A stretch of DNA of 62,446 nucleotides, counting the filler, from Stramenopiles sp. TOSAG23-6 (lineage: Eukaryota): NCBI GenBank assembly GCA_900128565.1. It is 13 parts of 13 records of this genome, joined end to end, with 100 filler letters (N's around TTAATTAATTAA, not from the genome) between each part and the next. Parts side by side here need not be neighbours in the genome. Positions count along the whole stretch, not along the records: positions 33,751 to 38,456 come from LT637077.1; positions 38,557 to 43,259 come from LT637078.1; positions 43,360 to 48,059 come from LT637079.1; 10 more parts are not named here. One strand, 5' to 3'. Made by a program: the position numbers and the translations under genes. How positions within the stretch are numbered: position 1 is the stretch's first letter; the number at the start of each line of letters is the position of its first letter. The notes under the pieces were generated by a model that did not search any database, was not told the origin of the DNA, and saw only the letters and a program-made list of their open reading frames with translations. Below, piece after piece: positions 33,821 through 46,300 of this stretch.

Positions 33821-34283
33821 AGCCAATGCGACTCCATAGAACGCAGTCTTTCGAGTCATCATTCGTTGCTTCAACAAAGTATTCCATAGCTTTTACTAAA
33901 TTATTTTCAGATTCTTCAATCAATCCAAGATTCTTTAAAGAAAGAAATCGGATTCGAACAAGCTTAGGTTTCAGCGGCTTATTTATTTTCCGTTGTTTTT
34001 TCAATGGTTTACCATTCTGTCGACGTTGTAAGCCACTAAGTATTTCTTCATATAAATTGCGTGCTTTCTGCCATTGCCCCGAAAAAGCATCACCTTTATG
34101 CTGTAAGTGTAGCGCTTCTTTGTAATATTGCGTCATGCGAGCTCCCCACATTTCTCGTGTTTCTGAAAAGTGGCGCCCATCACAACCAAGTCCTGGCAAC
34201 TCAGAAGACGGGTTTGTTTCATCTTCTTTCAGTGACGCAGAGTCAAAATCTCGCTTTTTATTTAACTGAGCCCATTTAGGCAT
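33821..34283 (-). CDS. CABIN1: CABIN1/Hir3-like TPR protein, first exon
   Basis: W..LN...TRE......Y.EAL.LQ, FLSLKNLG and AMEYFVEA...D..D..LW.RIG match the CABIN1 N-terminus. Confidence 0.75.
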
Positions 34284-34403
34284 ATTCTGTAACTTACCCC
34301 TATATATATATATATATATATGTTGTTGTCATTAAAAAACAACCAGATTTGAAGTCTATAGCTAGAACGATAATTTCTACCCCGTTATAGATAGAAAAAT
34401 TAA

Positions 34404-37301
34404 CCCTTTGGGAGGCAGGTTTATTCCCTTGGGAGGAATCGAGTCAGTCCTCCCAAATTATAAATACGTCTGTAGCGTAGCCACTATAAGGATAACCTTG
34501 GCCACTACGTGTAGCTCGAGTGAGAGAGAGACACTATCACAGTCTTCCGATAGTATTTTCCGACATAGTATTTCCTCTCACGATGCCAAATGATAATGCT
34601 AATCAGATTGCCGGACACGGAAATACTTCTTCCACTCAAGCTTCTAAAGCGGCAGCGGAAAGGATTTTTGCGAAATATTGTAATACAGTACCTAACTTAC
34701 AGAACAAAACGTACGACACAATTACGGAGGATGTAGTTTGCGCCACTACATTTTGGGAGAAGGTAGCGACATATTTGGCAATGGTCTACGTAATTTCTAT
34801 TGGACGATGCGCTGGCAAGCATCTAGCGTATAGTAGCGCAAGGAATAACTTAGGGTATATGATGAACTATTTTAGATTGAGGTTCATAAACAGTACTAGT
34901 GAATATAAGACTTTTTTCAAATGTTTGACGAAAGATTATGATGAGACAGAGCCAACGCATAAATGGATATTTTGGGTTCGACTGAATATGCAACGAAAAA
35001 GTATGGAGCGTGATTTAGCAAATGGCATAGCCATCGATAAATCAGCTGTTGCTTTATATTTGAATCACGTTGCGTCGGTAAATCAAGCCCTTTTTAAAAT
35101 TGGTACAGCAGATGCGGCGAATAAAGCTTTGATGAACACAGTCTTGTGGNGGGGGGGGGGCTCGAGGTTCTGAACCTGCCTGGCTTCCGTTGCAGTCGTT
35201 AGAGTGGGATTCGCTATTTCAGCAGGTTTTTGGTTCAATTTATCAGTCAAAGTCAAAAAAATTTAAGACGTGTGGTTTTGGAACCGGTAAAAATAGATTT
35301 ATTACGTGCTGGATTCCCTTTGGAGACAAGATGATTCTTCATCCGTATGACCATCATGAAGATATAAATGGTGAGCTAGAGCCAGTCTTTATACTACACA
35401 ATTGTCAGACAAAAAATCCATCCACCAAATTTGGTGCGATTTTAAAGAAACTAACGCGTTCGTCACGAGACACTACATATGGAAATTGTAACGTAGATCT
35501 GCCATGTGGAGCCACTGCAGCTAGCTATCGTGTTGGTGTTGCGAATTGGCTCGCCACTTTAATGCCTCTCGAATACGCTATTTGGATCACTGGCCATGCT
35601 GCTACTAGCATCTCAGCATTTTATGAATATATTCTTGCAAAAAGTGCGATTTTGATTCCTGGTATGCTTGCTCTTGGTAGTTGGCGTACTCCGCGATGGG
35701 GTGAAATTGGGAAGGCTGCTGCTGCTCCCTCAATTGACGCAGTTGTAAATGCCTATCGGGATAAGGGGATAGAGTCACGTATACACAACGTTATAAAAAC
35801 TCTGTTTCAATTAAATAATTGTCGCCCAAAGGAGTTGCGCCGAGATGGAAAGCTTTACAAAATGGTAGAGACTTGTTTTGCGTCAGAAGTAATGCATGTT
35901 TTCATTATGAATTTAAAATTTATTTTTCGTTATTTTTCGTATGAAATTCCATACCTAACTATTTTTCATGTGACATATTTTCTCACCAACATGCATTTTC
36001 CTGATCGTGTTGTTGCTAATGAAGCGGAAATTGTACGAGCACATATTTTTACTGCTTTTGGCTATGAATTTCGCAAAGATTGCCCTGAAGGTGTAAACGT
36101 GGAATGTTATATTCGAGATATAATTTACGATTTTTCGGTGAAAATAAAAAAAGCCTTTGACGAAGACAATGTTCACTTGACTAAACTGCCTACAGATTAT
36201 TCAGAGTTGATTAGAACAATACAGTTGCAGAATATCAAATTGAATAGTGACAACCAAAGATTGGAGCAACAATTAGATCAAATGAAGTTAAATCAGTTAC
36301 AGTTATCTAACCAAATGAAAGCGAATAAAACGTTACTAGAGACTCTTTTACAGAAAATAGATTTTCTCCAAATTGGTCCAAGAATTGCTGCAGTTAACAA
36401 TAATGCTAGTGTACCTGGTCCCCAACAGAGATTAGCCCCATTAGATCAAAATCAAGATATTACTCGTCCACCATCTCCTACTCCAAAGGAAAATTCGAAT
36501 GTTTTTGCAAGAATGAATAGTGCAAGCCGTGCAATGCTAATAGCATCTGAACTTCCGGAATTAGCAACAGACCTCTTTATGTTGTGTGTGAAGGCTGGTG
36601 GTTCAGGAAATCCAAAAGCACCTGATATATGGGTATTAAAGAAGAAGAATAACGGTACTAAATATGTGAAAGCTCCAGGAAAGAAAGGGAAATTGAAGTT
36701 TATTGCAACTTATTTTCATATGGTTGCTTCAAAAACCGAAATGAAACTGTTGCGAGAAAAGTCTTCAGATGAGAGACTGCTTCGTGATACGTTGATTGCT
36801 TTGGAAACTAGAGTTTGTAATATATTTTCTACGTTTTCCAATGGACTAGTTGCGAATGGAAATATTAGTAAAGTAGCAGATGCATTTAAAAAGCTCACAA
36901 AACAAGTAAAAGGGAGGATATATAAGCCACTATCTTTATCAACTTTAGAGACACAGTGTAACAAACTTAAAAAATTTGACGCTAACTTTGTAGAGACCAT
37001 GAAGGACTATGCTGCGGCTGTAGTACCTGATGATGATGATGTTGTAGATGGACGAAGTTTGAAGAGAAGGAAAACTTGTGATAAAAGTGGAGATTAACAT
37101 TTTATATACAAAAATCTTACAATAAAGATATATTACTTCATATAAAGATATGTATTATAAAGATATTACTTCGTACTACTACTTCGGTTTTTTTTTGTTA
37201 GTCGAGTCATCTCGAAGAGATGACACGTGTGATCCGGGTAACACTCTTTTCTTCTATATTTCGTGTTTATGTACCTTGGGATATTCTAATCTCCCAAGGA
37301 A
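34404..37301 (+). mobile_element. Crypton-like tyrosine-recombinase DNA element (CDS 34583-37097)
   Basis: YR catalytic pattern GARGSE (R, across an N/poly-G assembly break at ~35150), SKSK (K), ASYRVG (HxxR-like), TGH and FYEY. Flanked by TTGGGA...TCCCAA palindromic sites. Confidence 0.7.
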
Positions 37302-37659
37302 ACAACCGACCTAGATAGATAGAGGACGACGCGACCTGACGACTGTGTTTTTTTNGATANTTTNGATTGACAGCAGCGACACGTGTCAGTTTTTGACCAC
37401 TGCAAGCACTGCTTGCCTTGCTTTCGTTTGCTTTGCTGAAAAGAAGAAGCTATTGTTAGTTACTATTACATTATATTCTCCCACTTGGCCAACACTGCCA
37501 GTACTATGTTATAAAGAATACCTAACACAATAAAAAAGAATAAAATAAAAATAGAACGACAACTACTATTTATTAAACTTTATTTCGCTAATTCTAAATT
37601 ATTTGTACGACAAAAAAAATGTTACGATTTTATCAAAATTCACTACAAGAAAACTATAG

Positions 37660-38373
37660 TTACCCAAGACCTGCACAGTCGTCAGAATCATCAGAGGAAA
37701 AATCAAATGTTTTTTTAGTACCAGTAACATTATTGACCTGTTCCGGTGGCTTCGGAGGAGAGACAATATCTGTTTTTTCAGACAATTTAGGGTTAGGGTT
37801 CGAGAATGACTTTGAAGAAGCGTTAACAATACTACTACTACTACTACTACTACTATTTGTTTTACCAGCTGATGATATGGACGAAATACTTGACACATTC
37901 ATTTTCATTTTCAGAGCTAGTCGAGTAATTTGTGGATCTAAACGATGAAATTTTCTTGAATTCTGCAATTCTTCCAGCAGTGACACATTATTATCAAGAA
38001 ATGCTTGGACGAGAGTCTCTTCTGTTGCACACATTTCATCATGAATATACGTTGGGTGTTGAAAGTGGACATTGTCAAGCGCAGCTTTAGCAGCCACTGC
38101 ATCTCCACATGTATTGTGAAAAAATATGCCTACAGTTCGAAATTCGTTAGGTATGAAATTTTCTTAACAAAAAAATAAATTCGAAATTCATGATGAAAAA
38201 CATACAGGCACAGTATAAAATCGCTATAGATAGAAAATTTCGAAAGCGTTGTGTTTCAAGTCCCCTAGTGAAGTGCAACTGATCGAGTTGAAGCAAAAGA
38301 TTCAATGCATCTCTATAGCGTTCAGATTTGACTAACGCTTCAATACATTGGCGAAAGGCCGACTCACCACTGG
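37660..38373 (-). CDS. NAPG: Gamma-SNAP-like protein, 3' exons (38373-38206 and 38108-37660)
   Basis: FLSIAILYCA|CGDAVAAKAAL, LVQAFLDNN, F.RLDPQITRLA and an acidic C-terminus. Confidence 0.65.
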
Positions 38374-38627
38374 ATGTATTTTGGAAAAATATTTCACAAA
38401 AAAATCGTTAGGTACAAAATTTCGTATGAAAAATAAATTCGAAATTGAAAAAAAAANNNNNNNNNNNNNNNNNNNNNNNNNNNNNNNNNNNNNNNNNNNN
38501 TTAATTAATTAANNNNNNNNNNNNNNNNNNNNNNNNNNNNNNNNNNNNNNNNNNNNTTTTTTCGTACGAAATTTTGTACCTAACAAATTTTTTTAGATTT
38601 TTTTTGAAATATTTTTACAAAATACAT

Positions 38628-40719
38628 CATTTACGTACCATTGAACCGGAGAGGGAAGCCAATGGAAGACTTTTGATAAATACAGAAAGAGAGAAAAAAC
38701 TCATGTAGTTTGCATCATTCATTTTTTTTTTTTTTTTTTTTTAAATTTTGTACCTAAAAAAAATCAAACTTTTGCATCATTCATTATTTTTTTTTTTTGA
38801 AAATTTTGTACCTAAAAAAAATCAAACTTGATATATCGTCCAAAAATACATGTATGTAATAGGTTCAGCAACAGATTTCCCCTCTCAATTTAAAAATAAT
38901 GACAGATTATCAACACTTTCAATACAAAGTAATACAAAAAATATACAAAGTGTGGAAGACACGAAAATCAATAGATTAGCTAGAATTAAAACAAAATTAG
39001 GAAAAAATATTACAAATAAGGAACAAACTCGAAATTTGTTAGGTATGAAATTTGGTACGAATACTTCGAAATCGAACCCTAACCCTAATCATGGTGAAAC
39101 AGATTTTGTTTCAATGCAATATCAAAGTCAAACTCCATTTAGTTTCACTCGATTTCAGTATATGTATATTTTTTTTCTTAGAAATTTTTATATATGATTT
39201 TTTCATACGAAATTTTGTACCTAATAAATATTTTTTTGATATTTTTTCACAATAAATGTTGGACTCAAAAGTACCTGAAGGCTTGGTACGTATGAAAGGA
39301 ATAATATGGATTGAATCAATTTCAGATACGGAGGAACTTTTTAAGAAAAAAATGTTACCTACGACATTTGGTACGAAATTTGCTACAAAATTTGGTAGTA
39401 AACACAAAAGTGACAATCTCAATAAAAAACTGACATTTCGTGGTCAAAGGTACATATTTCAAAGTAATGGTAGTGGTAGCAGGCGACGATTTGAGATAGT
39501 AGAAGATGGAAGTTGGGTAACGACACCAGAAACAAAATTAATGTACTTTTTCATCATTAATATTTTACTTACATTTTGTTTTGTATGAAATTCTGTACCT
39601 AACGATTTTTTTTATTAATTTCAAAAAAAAAAAAACAATATTTTTTCTCATTACATTTGTATTGGACATCGCACTGGATTGGGTTGTCTTGATTGTCAAG
39701 AAATGACACGAAATCTTCAGCGTTGCTGTTATGAAACATTTGATGACTTAGACTGTGTTCAAAAAGTAAAAAAAATACAAAAAATAGAAAAAGTACAAAA
39801 AGTAAAAAAAATAGAAAAAGTAAAAAAAGTAAAAAAAATAGAAAAAGTACAGAAAAACTGTGACGTAGATTGCTTGGCATCTACTTGCGATCATAATCAC
39901 AATCATAACCACAATCATAACCACAATCATAATCACAATCATAACCACAATCATATCCACAATCATAACCACAATCATAACCACAATGAAAAGCAAGTCA
40001 CTCGAAATCATGAGACTCAATATAATAATAATGAAAAAAAAACTCATCAAAAATTGAATGAAAATTTAAATAATATTCAAAAATCTTTATTTTATGATTT
40101 CACGGAGTGGATGAAATATGATGGTAAATTTTCTGTTTTATATTATGCAAGAAATGTAAAGGATGATGATCACGTATTTCGTTTTCGAATATCAGCATAT
40201 CAAAAAACAGGTTTGTCTGTGAGTGATCTCTATGTTAAATATGGAATTAATATGAATAGAGCTCAACTCGAATTTGCAAGACGAGTACGTTTTCAATTTC
40301 GAATTTCGATTTTTTTTTGGTACGAAATTTTGTACCTAACAATTTTTTTTTGAAAATATTTTCCAAAATACATGTGAACAGTTCAAAATCTCCATTACTC
40401 ATTATCACTGTACAATCAGATATTATAGATCCTGTTGAAAAAAATCATTTCTCTACATTTCAATCTAAAAATGAAAATTTTATTGACTGCGCTTTTGTAC
40501 CATGTATGTTTTAATTTTTTTAAAATTCGAATATTTTTTTCGTACGAAATTTTGTACCTAACAAATGTAAGTTTTTTTTTTGAAATATTTTTCCAAAATA
40601 CATTGATATTGGAAAAAGTAAGAAGCATTCAAAAAGTTCAAGAATGTCTTTCATACCATGCTAATATAGTGCTGAAAGAAATTCTTCGCAAAATTCCTGA
40701 TTGCGTGTGTGGACAATAG
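38628..40719 (+). CDS. CobW/COG0523-type metallochaperone C-terminal region with (HN)n tract, multi-exon (5' partial)
   Basis: CobW_C motifs FVSM.Y....PFS, LVRMKGIIWI, RYIFQ, W...PETKL|ICIG and a His-rich tract at 39891-39987. Introns 39164-39257, 39543-39656, 40285-40373 and 40504-40603 all end in AT. Confidence 0.78.
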
Positions 40720-41281
40720 TGATTTTTTTTGGTAAAAAAAATCGTTAGGTACAAAATTTTGTATGAAAATTATAAATTTAGATTTTTTTGATTACTTTTA
40801 TTGCAAGTGATATAAAAAGTTCAATTGTCTTGTGTTGAATAAAGTAAATGTCTTGAATGATTGCACTAAGTTTTGCTCTACTTTCAATATTTACTATGAA
40901 ATTTTATTTCAAAGCATTCACTCGGAGTTCCTTTTTACACATAATAATAATAATTTTCAAGCCAAACACATGCACTAACATCAAGATGGTTTGTTGGCTC
41001 ATCCAATAAAAGTAGTTTTGGTTCAACGAGTCCTCTTTTTATAAATTTCAAATTGACGTCTTTTTCACCTGCAACCACAAGCAAAACACGAAATATACCA
41101 GTGTTTACTGCAGGTGATCTTTTTTGCTATTAGAATAGTAGCAAATAAATATAGCCAGCCAGCACACTAATCACAATTAATTGAATTAATTAAAAAAAAT
41201 GTTCCTTGCAGATTCCTCGACCTAGTATACCGTCAAATAAACAATAAAAGAAAATATTCTTAAGACGTCAACTTGCTTACA

Positions 41282-42250
41282 ATGAAAATTCTACACATTT
41301 TTCTTCTTGCAGCATTCAGTGCTTCTGCTTCAGCTTTCCTGATTGGCGTTGAACTTTCTCGAAGCATGAACCGTATAGTGAATGCTGCAATCGATGAGTT
41401 ATTTCCAAGTCAGATGAAATGTACCAAAAAAGTAATGCAGGCTTTGTTTGATGAACAAGTGGAAACGTGTGTCAACAAAGCACAGAATAAGTTTAGAAAT
41501 AAGTTTTTATCATCTTATCCAGATTTCGTTGGTTTTCAACAAAGTGATCTGCGTGAAATGTTTCACTGTCATGAATATTGCAAGAAGGATAATGTCACAC
41601 TGTGGAAAAAGTTTCTCAAAACATTAAACAACAACAAAAAAGATTTGGATCAAGAAACTCAAACATATGTTGACTTCCTGACAAAAGTTAATTATGACGA
41701 TCCGTCTTTTATCGCTACAGGCACGTCAGGACCAACGCCACCACAACCGCCAGCAGGAAAGACGTTTTCTGCTCCAGCTTTTGGCGTTGAAATTCCTGAA
41801 AGCTTGAAGGATAAATTGGTTGCTGCATATGTACAATTATATCCAAGTCAGATGACTTGTACCCAAGAACAATGGGCTGCTACGAGTAAGTTAATGATAA
41901 TGAATGAAGAGTGCTACACCAGACCAGCGCTTAACTTAATAAATAAGCTTAAAGTGAATCCAAATGGTTCTATAAAAAATGAACTGCGTGAATTGTTTCA
42001 CTGTTTTAAATATTGCTCGAAGGATGCTGTCAAAATTCTTCAAACGTGTAACGAAACATTAAACGACAACAGAGAGTATTTGAATAAAGACACTCTAGCA
42101 GTTCTTGACTCCATGAGAAAAGTTAATTTGGACGATCCGTCTCTTATCGCTCCAGGCACGTCAGGACCACCTACTGGTGCCGGTACCAGAAGTGTTGTCA
42201 CTGTGTCAGTCCTATTGGTTTCGTTTGGTTTAAGCTGGATAACCATGTGA
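41282..42250 (+). CDS. Secreted, probably GPI-anchored protein with two ~145-aa internal repeats
   Basis: Signal peptide; duplicated GVE...PSQM.CT...LRE.FHC..YC.KD...KVN.DDPS.IA.GTSGP; hydrophobic C-terminus. Confidence 0.75.
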   Translation: MKILHIFLLAAFSASASAFLIGVELSRSMNRIVNAAIDELFPSQMKCTKKVMQALFDEQVETCVNKAQNKFRNKFLSSYPDFVGFQQSDLREMFHCHEYCKKDNVTLWKKFLKTLNNNKKDLDQETQTYVDFLTKVNYDDPSFIATGTSGPTPPQPPAGKTFSAPAFGVEIPESLKDKLVAAYVQLYPSQMTCTQEQWAATSKLMIMNEECYTRPALNLINKLKVNPNGSIKNELRELFHCFKYCSKDAVKILQTCNETLNDNREYLNKDTLAVLDSMRKVNLDDPSLIAPGTSGPPTGAGTRSVVTVSVLLVSFGLSWITM

Positions 42251-42460
42251 TTATGATTGTATTTACATTACTTTCTTTCATAATGACGACTAAAGATGAG
42301 TAATAAAAAGAATAAATTTTAGTAACATTTTGAATACCCGCTACTGTATATAACTAGTGTTTTGTCGAGCATAGATACAAAGACGCAAAATTTCCGTCTT
42401 GCCCCGTTCGTATATACATGCTAATTACATTCAAATTGATTTTATAATTGTTTTATGATT

Positions 42461-43066
42461 ACTCTCTAGGAATTCCGTGATGACCACTCCAAGTACTACC
42501 CTCTGTACGTCCTATTCGTTTTCCTTCCCGTTCTGGAATATTTCCACCTTCATGAATTATGAAAAAATATTTCAAAAAAAATCGTTAGGTACAAAATTTC
42601 GTATGAAAAAAAATAAATTCGAAATATAAAAAAAAGTAAAACATACTGCCTTCCAAATTCGTTCTTTTGTCATATTTTCATCATTAAAATCGGTAACTGG
42701 TGTCCAACAGAATTGATTATCCTTTAAATCTCTTAATTCACTACAAACTGCTTGCTCAGGACAAGGCTGGATGAGTTCCATGGCACCGTAGGATTCAGAT
42801 GTGTTTTGGAAAAGTATTTCAAAAAAAACTCGTTAGGTGCAAACTTTCGTACGAAAAAAAAAACAAATTTGAAAAAAAATCAAACATACATTTATAACAA
42901 CCCAGTTTTGTCCAATTTGTAATTTCTGGACCCGATTGACTCATAGAATGAATTGCCATATTACACCACTCATAATCTAAAATATGTTCTTTTGTAGAAA
43001 ACCAAACGGAATTGCAGATTTCATTTCTATCTGAAATACCACTTCGAATCTTTTTCAACACAAAGA
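42461..43066 (-). CDS. Hypothetical protein, last three exons
   Basis: Exons join in frame via GT-AT introns: GCYK|SESYGAM and IWKA|EGGNIPER...*. Confidence 0.55.
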
Positions 43067-43359
43067 TGTATTACAAAAAAATATTTAAAAAAAATTCAAA
43101 ACATTTGTTAGGTACAAAATTCCCCATTAAAAAAAAATTGAAAATTTGAAATTCATGATGAAAACGTCAATGAATAAAAACTCAAAAAAAAATATTTTTT
43201 TTCTTAGGTACAAAATTTCGTATGAAAAAAAATAAATTTGAAATTCATGATGAAAACGTNNNNNNNNNNNNNNNNNNNNNNNNNNNNNNNNNNNNNNNNN
43301 NNNTTAATTAATTAANNNNNNNNNNNNNNNNNNNNNNNNNNNNNNNNNNNNNNNNNNNN

Positions 43360-46300
43360 CACAGCAATGAAATTTCTTCATTGGTTCATTACTTCCATAT
43401 TTATATCAATGTTGATTTAATTTTCCTAATTTTTGCGTTGTTTTTTTATTTTTCCCAATTTTGCATGCATTATTTTTTTATTTTTCCCAATTTTTATATT
43501 GTTTTTTTATTTTTCCCAATTTTTGTATTGTTTTTTTATTTTTCCCAATTTTTATATTGTTTTTTTATTAGTAGTAGTAGTATCATTATTATTATTATTA
43601 TTAATAGTAGTATTATCATTATTATTATTATTATTATTAGTAGTAGTATTTATAATATCATTATGTTTTCTCGTTACAGTTGAATCATTCTTACTATAAT
43701 ATTCTTTTGTTGTCGGAGGTTTTGGAAGTAATAATTGTAATGAGTTAATTGTAATAATATCATTTTTACTATTTTCGATATTATCCTTTTTTAACCCTAA
43801 CCCTATCGTAGATGATGAAGAAATAGTATTGTTTTTTGACCCTATTATAGAAGAACAAGATAATGTATTTACTTTCGGAACTAATGGAGGTTTTTTAAAG
43901 TTTGGAGATGTCGGAGATGTCGGAGATGTTCCAAAAAAAATATTTTCAAAATTTTTTTCTTCTGTTGATGCTGAACACTCAATATTATTCTGTACACACC
44001 CTAACCCTAATCTTTTTGGTTTGGACGAGTTTTGTGTATGTATGGTAGATGTATTGTCTGTCGTATCAAGATTTGAAATATTTAAAATTTCATTTTCATT
44101 TTCATCACTAGGGTTAGGGTTAGGGTTAGGGTTCTCTTCCCCATCATTTTCATCATTTGTGAACCATTTAGAAGGTAATCTATTCCGAGATACTTGACTT
44201 TTTGTTTTTTCAGGTTTTCGTGTCATTGAAAGTATGTTATCTGTATGCACAGGCCATATGTGTAGTAATTGTTGACTAGCTTCGGTAATAGTAATCCATA
44301 ATAAATGCCATAATTTGTTAATAGAAAACACATTAATACTGTTTCGTATTTTTTCTATATTTCGTGTTTTTTCTATATTGGTGTTTGTTGTCGTTTGATC
44401 TACAAATGTATTATTATTAGTATTATTATTATTATTAGTAGTAGTAGTATTATTATTAGTATTATTATTAGTATTATTAGTAGTAGTATTAGTAGTATTT
44501 CGTGTAGTCATACTATTTGGAAGAGTCACAACAGAAACAGAATGAGACATACTATTTGGAAGAGTCACAACAGAAACAGAATGAGATGTCTTCATAGATT
44601 GCTCAAATGGATTATTTTGGCTAGGGTTAGGGTTATTCGTCCATTTTGTTTTTTTCTCATCATTTTTTGAATGTTGTAATAAAATGGTACAGTTTTTTTT
44701 CATTTCATTAATTTCAAACAATATTTGAGATTGTTTTGTCTCTATTTCTAATTGTAACATTGATAAGTTCTTTTCAATAAAAATTGTTTGTCGACGCTTG
44801 AAAATATTTCGTGTTTTTTGATTTTTTCGTGTTTTTTGTTTTTTTTGATTTTTTTGTTTTTTTTGATTTTTTTGTTTTTTATTCTCATTTTCATTTTGTA
44901 TGCACTCATTTTGTACTATAACATTTGTGAAACTCATTAATTCATCATCAATACTACCATTACTCAGATCACTGATATCATCCTCGATACTACTTTTACT
45001 TGAAAATGACCTTTCACATGTATTGTAAAAAAAAATATTTTTGAAAATTTTGTTAGGTACAAAATTTTTATAAAAAAAAACCAAAAAAAAAAAAAAAAAA
45101 AAATTTGAAATTCATAATGAAAACATACTACTTTCTCTACTTAGTGATGAATTCTCAAAAAAGGTAGGGTTAGGGTTGACGTCACCATCACTGGTAGACA
45201 AAATAGATCCTTCACTATTTTCTCGAGATAATAACATAGGGTTAGGGTTGACGTCATCATGACTTGTAGTAGGGTTAGGGCGTGCAATAGATAGATCATT
45301 ATTTGTTCCATTAGGGTTATTAGGGTTAGGGCTAGGATGATGTTTTGGTGACGTCATAATTGTGAGAGACGACGATATTGATCGCGCTGTATTCTTGACT
45401 GTATCTACAGTTTTTTGTATACGATGTTTCATATTTTTCACATTTTTATGTTTTTCGTGTTTTTTTCGAGATTGGACTCGTTCAGTGCCATATAATGGCA
45501 TTGATTTACACAATTCAATGGCTTGATTGATTTTATATAATAATCGAGATGTTGTTGTATTTAATCTTGATTCAATAGTATCTAATTCAAAACAGATCCA
45601 TGTACATAAATTTGTTGATTCGTGATTGTACCACATATATTTCAAAAAAATATTTCAAAAAAAAAAAAAAAAAAATCGTTAGGTAAAAAATTTCCTATAA
45701 AAAACAAAAAAAAAAAAAATCGTTTTTTTTTTTTTTTTTTTTTTGTTTAAAAAAAATTTATAGGAAATTTTTTACCTAACGATTTTTTTTTTTTTTTTTT
45801 TGAAATATTTTTTTGAAATATATGTGGTACAATCACGAATCAACAAATTTATGTACATGGATCTGTTTTGAATTAGATACTATTGAATCAAGATTAAATA
45901 CAACAACATCTCGATTATTATATAAAATCAATCAAGCCATTGAATTGTGTAAATCAATGCCATTATATGGCACTGAACGAGTCCAATCTCGAAAAAAACA
46001 CGAAAAACATAAAAATGTGAAAAATATGAAACATCGTATACAAAAAACTGTAGATACAGTCAAGAATACAGCGCGATCAATATCGTCGTCTCTCACAATT
46101 ATGACGTCACCAAAACATCATCCTAGCCCTAACCCTAATAACCCTAATGGAACAAATAATGATCTATCTATTGCACGCCCTAACCCTACTACAAGTCATG
46201 ATGACGTCAACCCTAACCCTATGTTATTATCTCGAGAAAATAGTGAAGGATCTATTTTGTCTACCAGTGATGGTGACGTCAACCCTAACCCTACCTTTTT

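Noticed and set aside
35140-35175. Programmed frameshift in the recombinase gene
   Set aside because: The break coincides with an N and a poly-G run, indicating a sequencing or assembly error.
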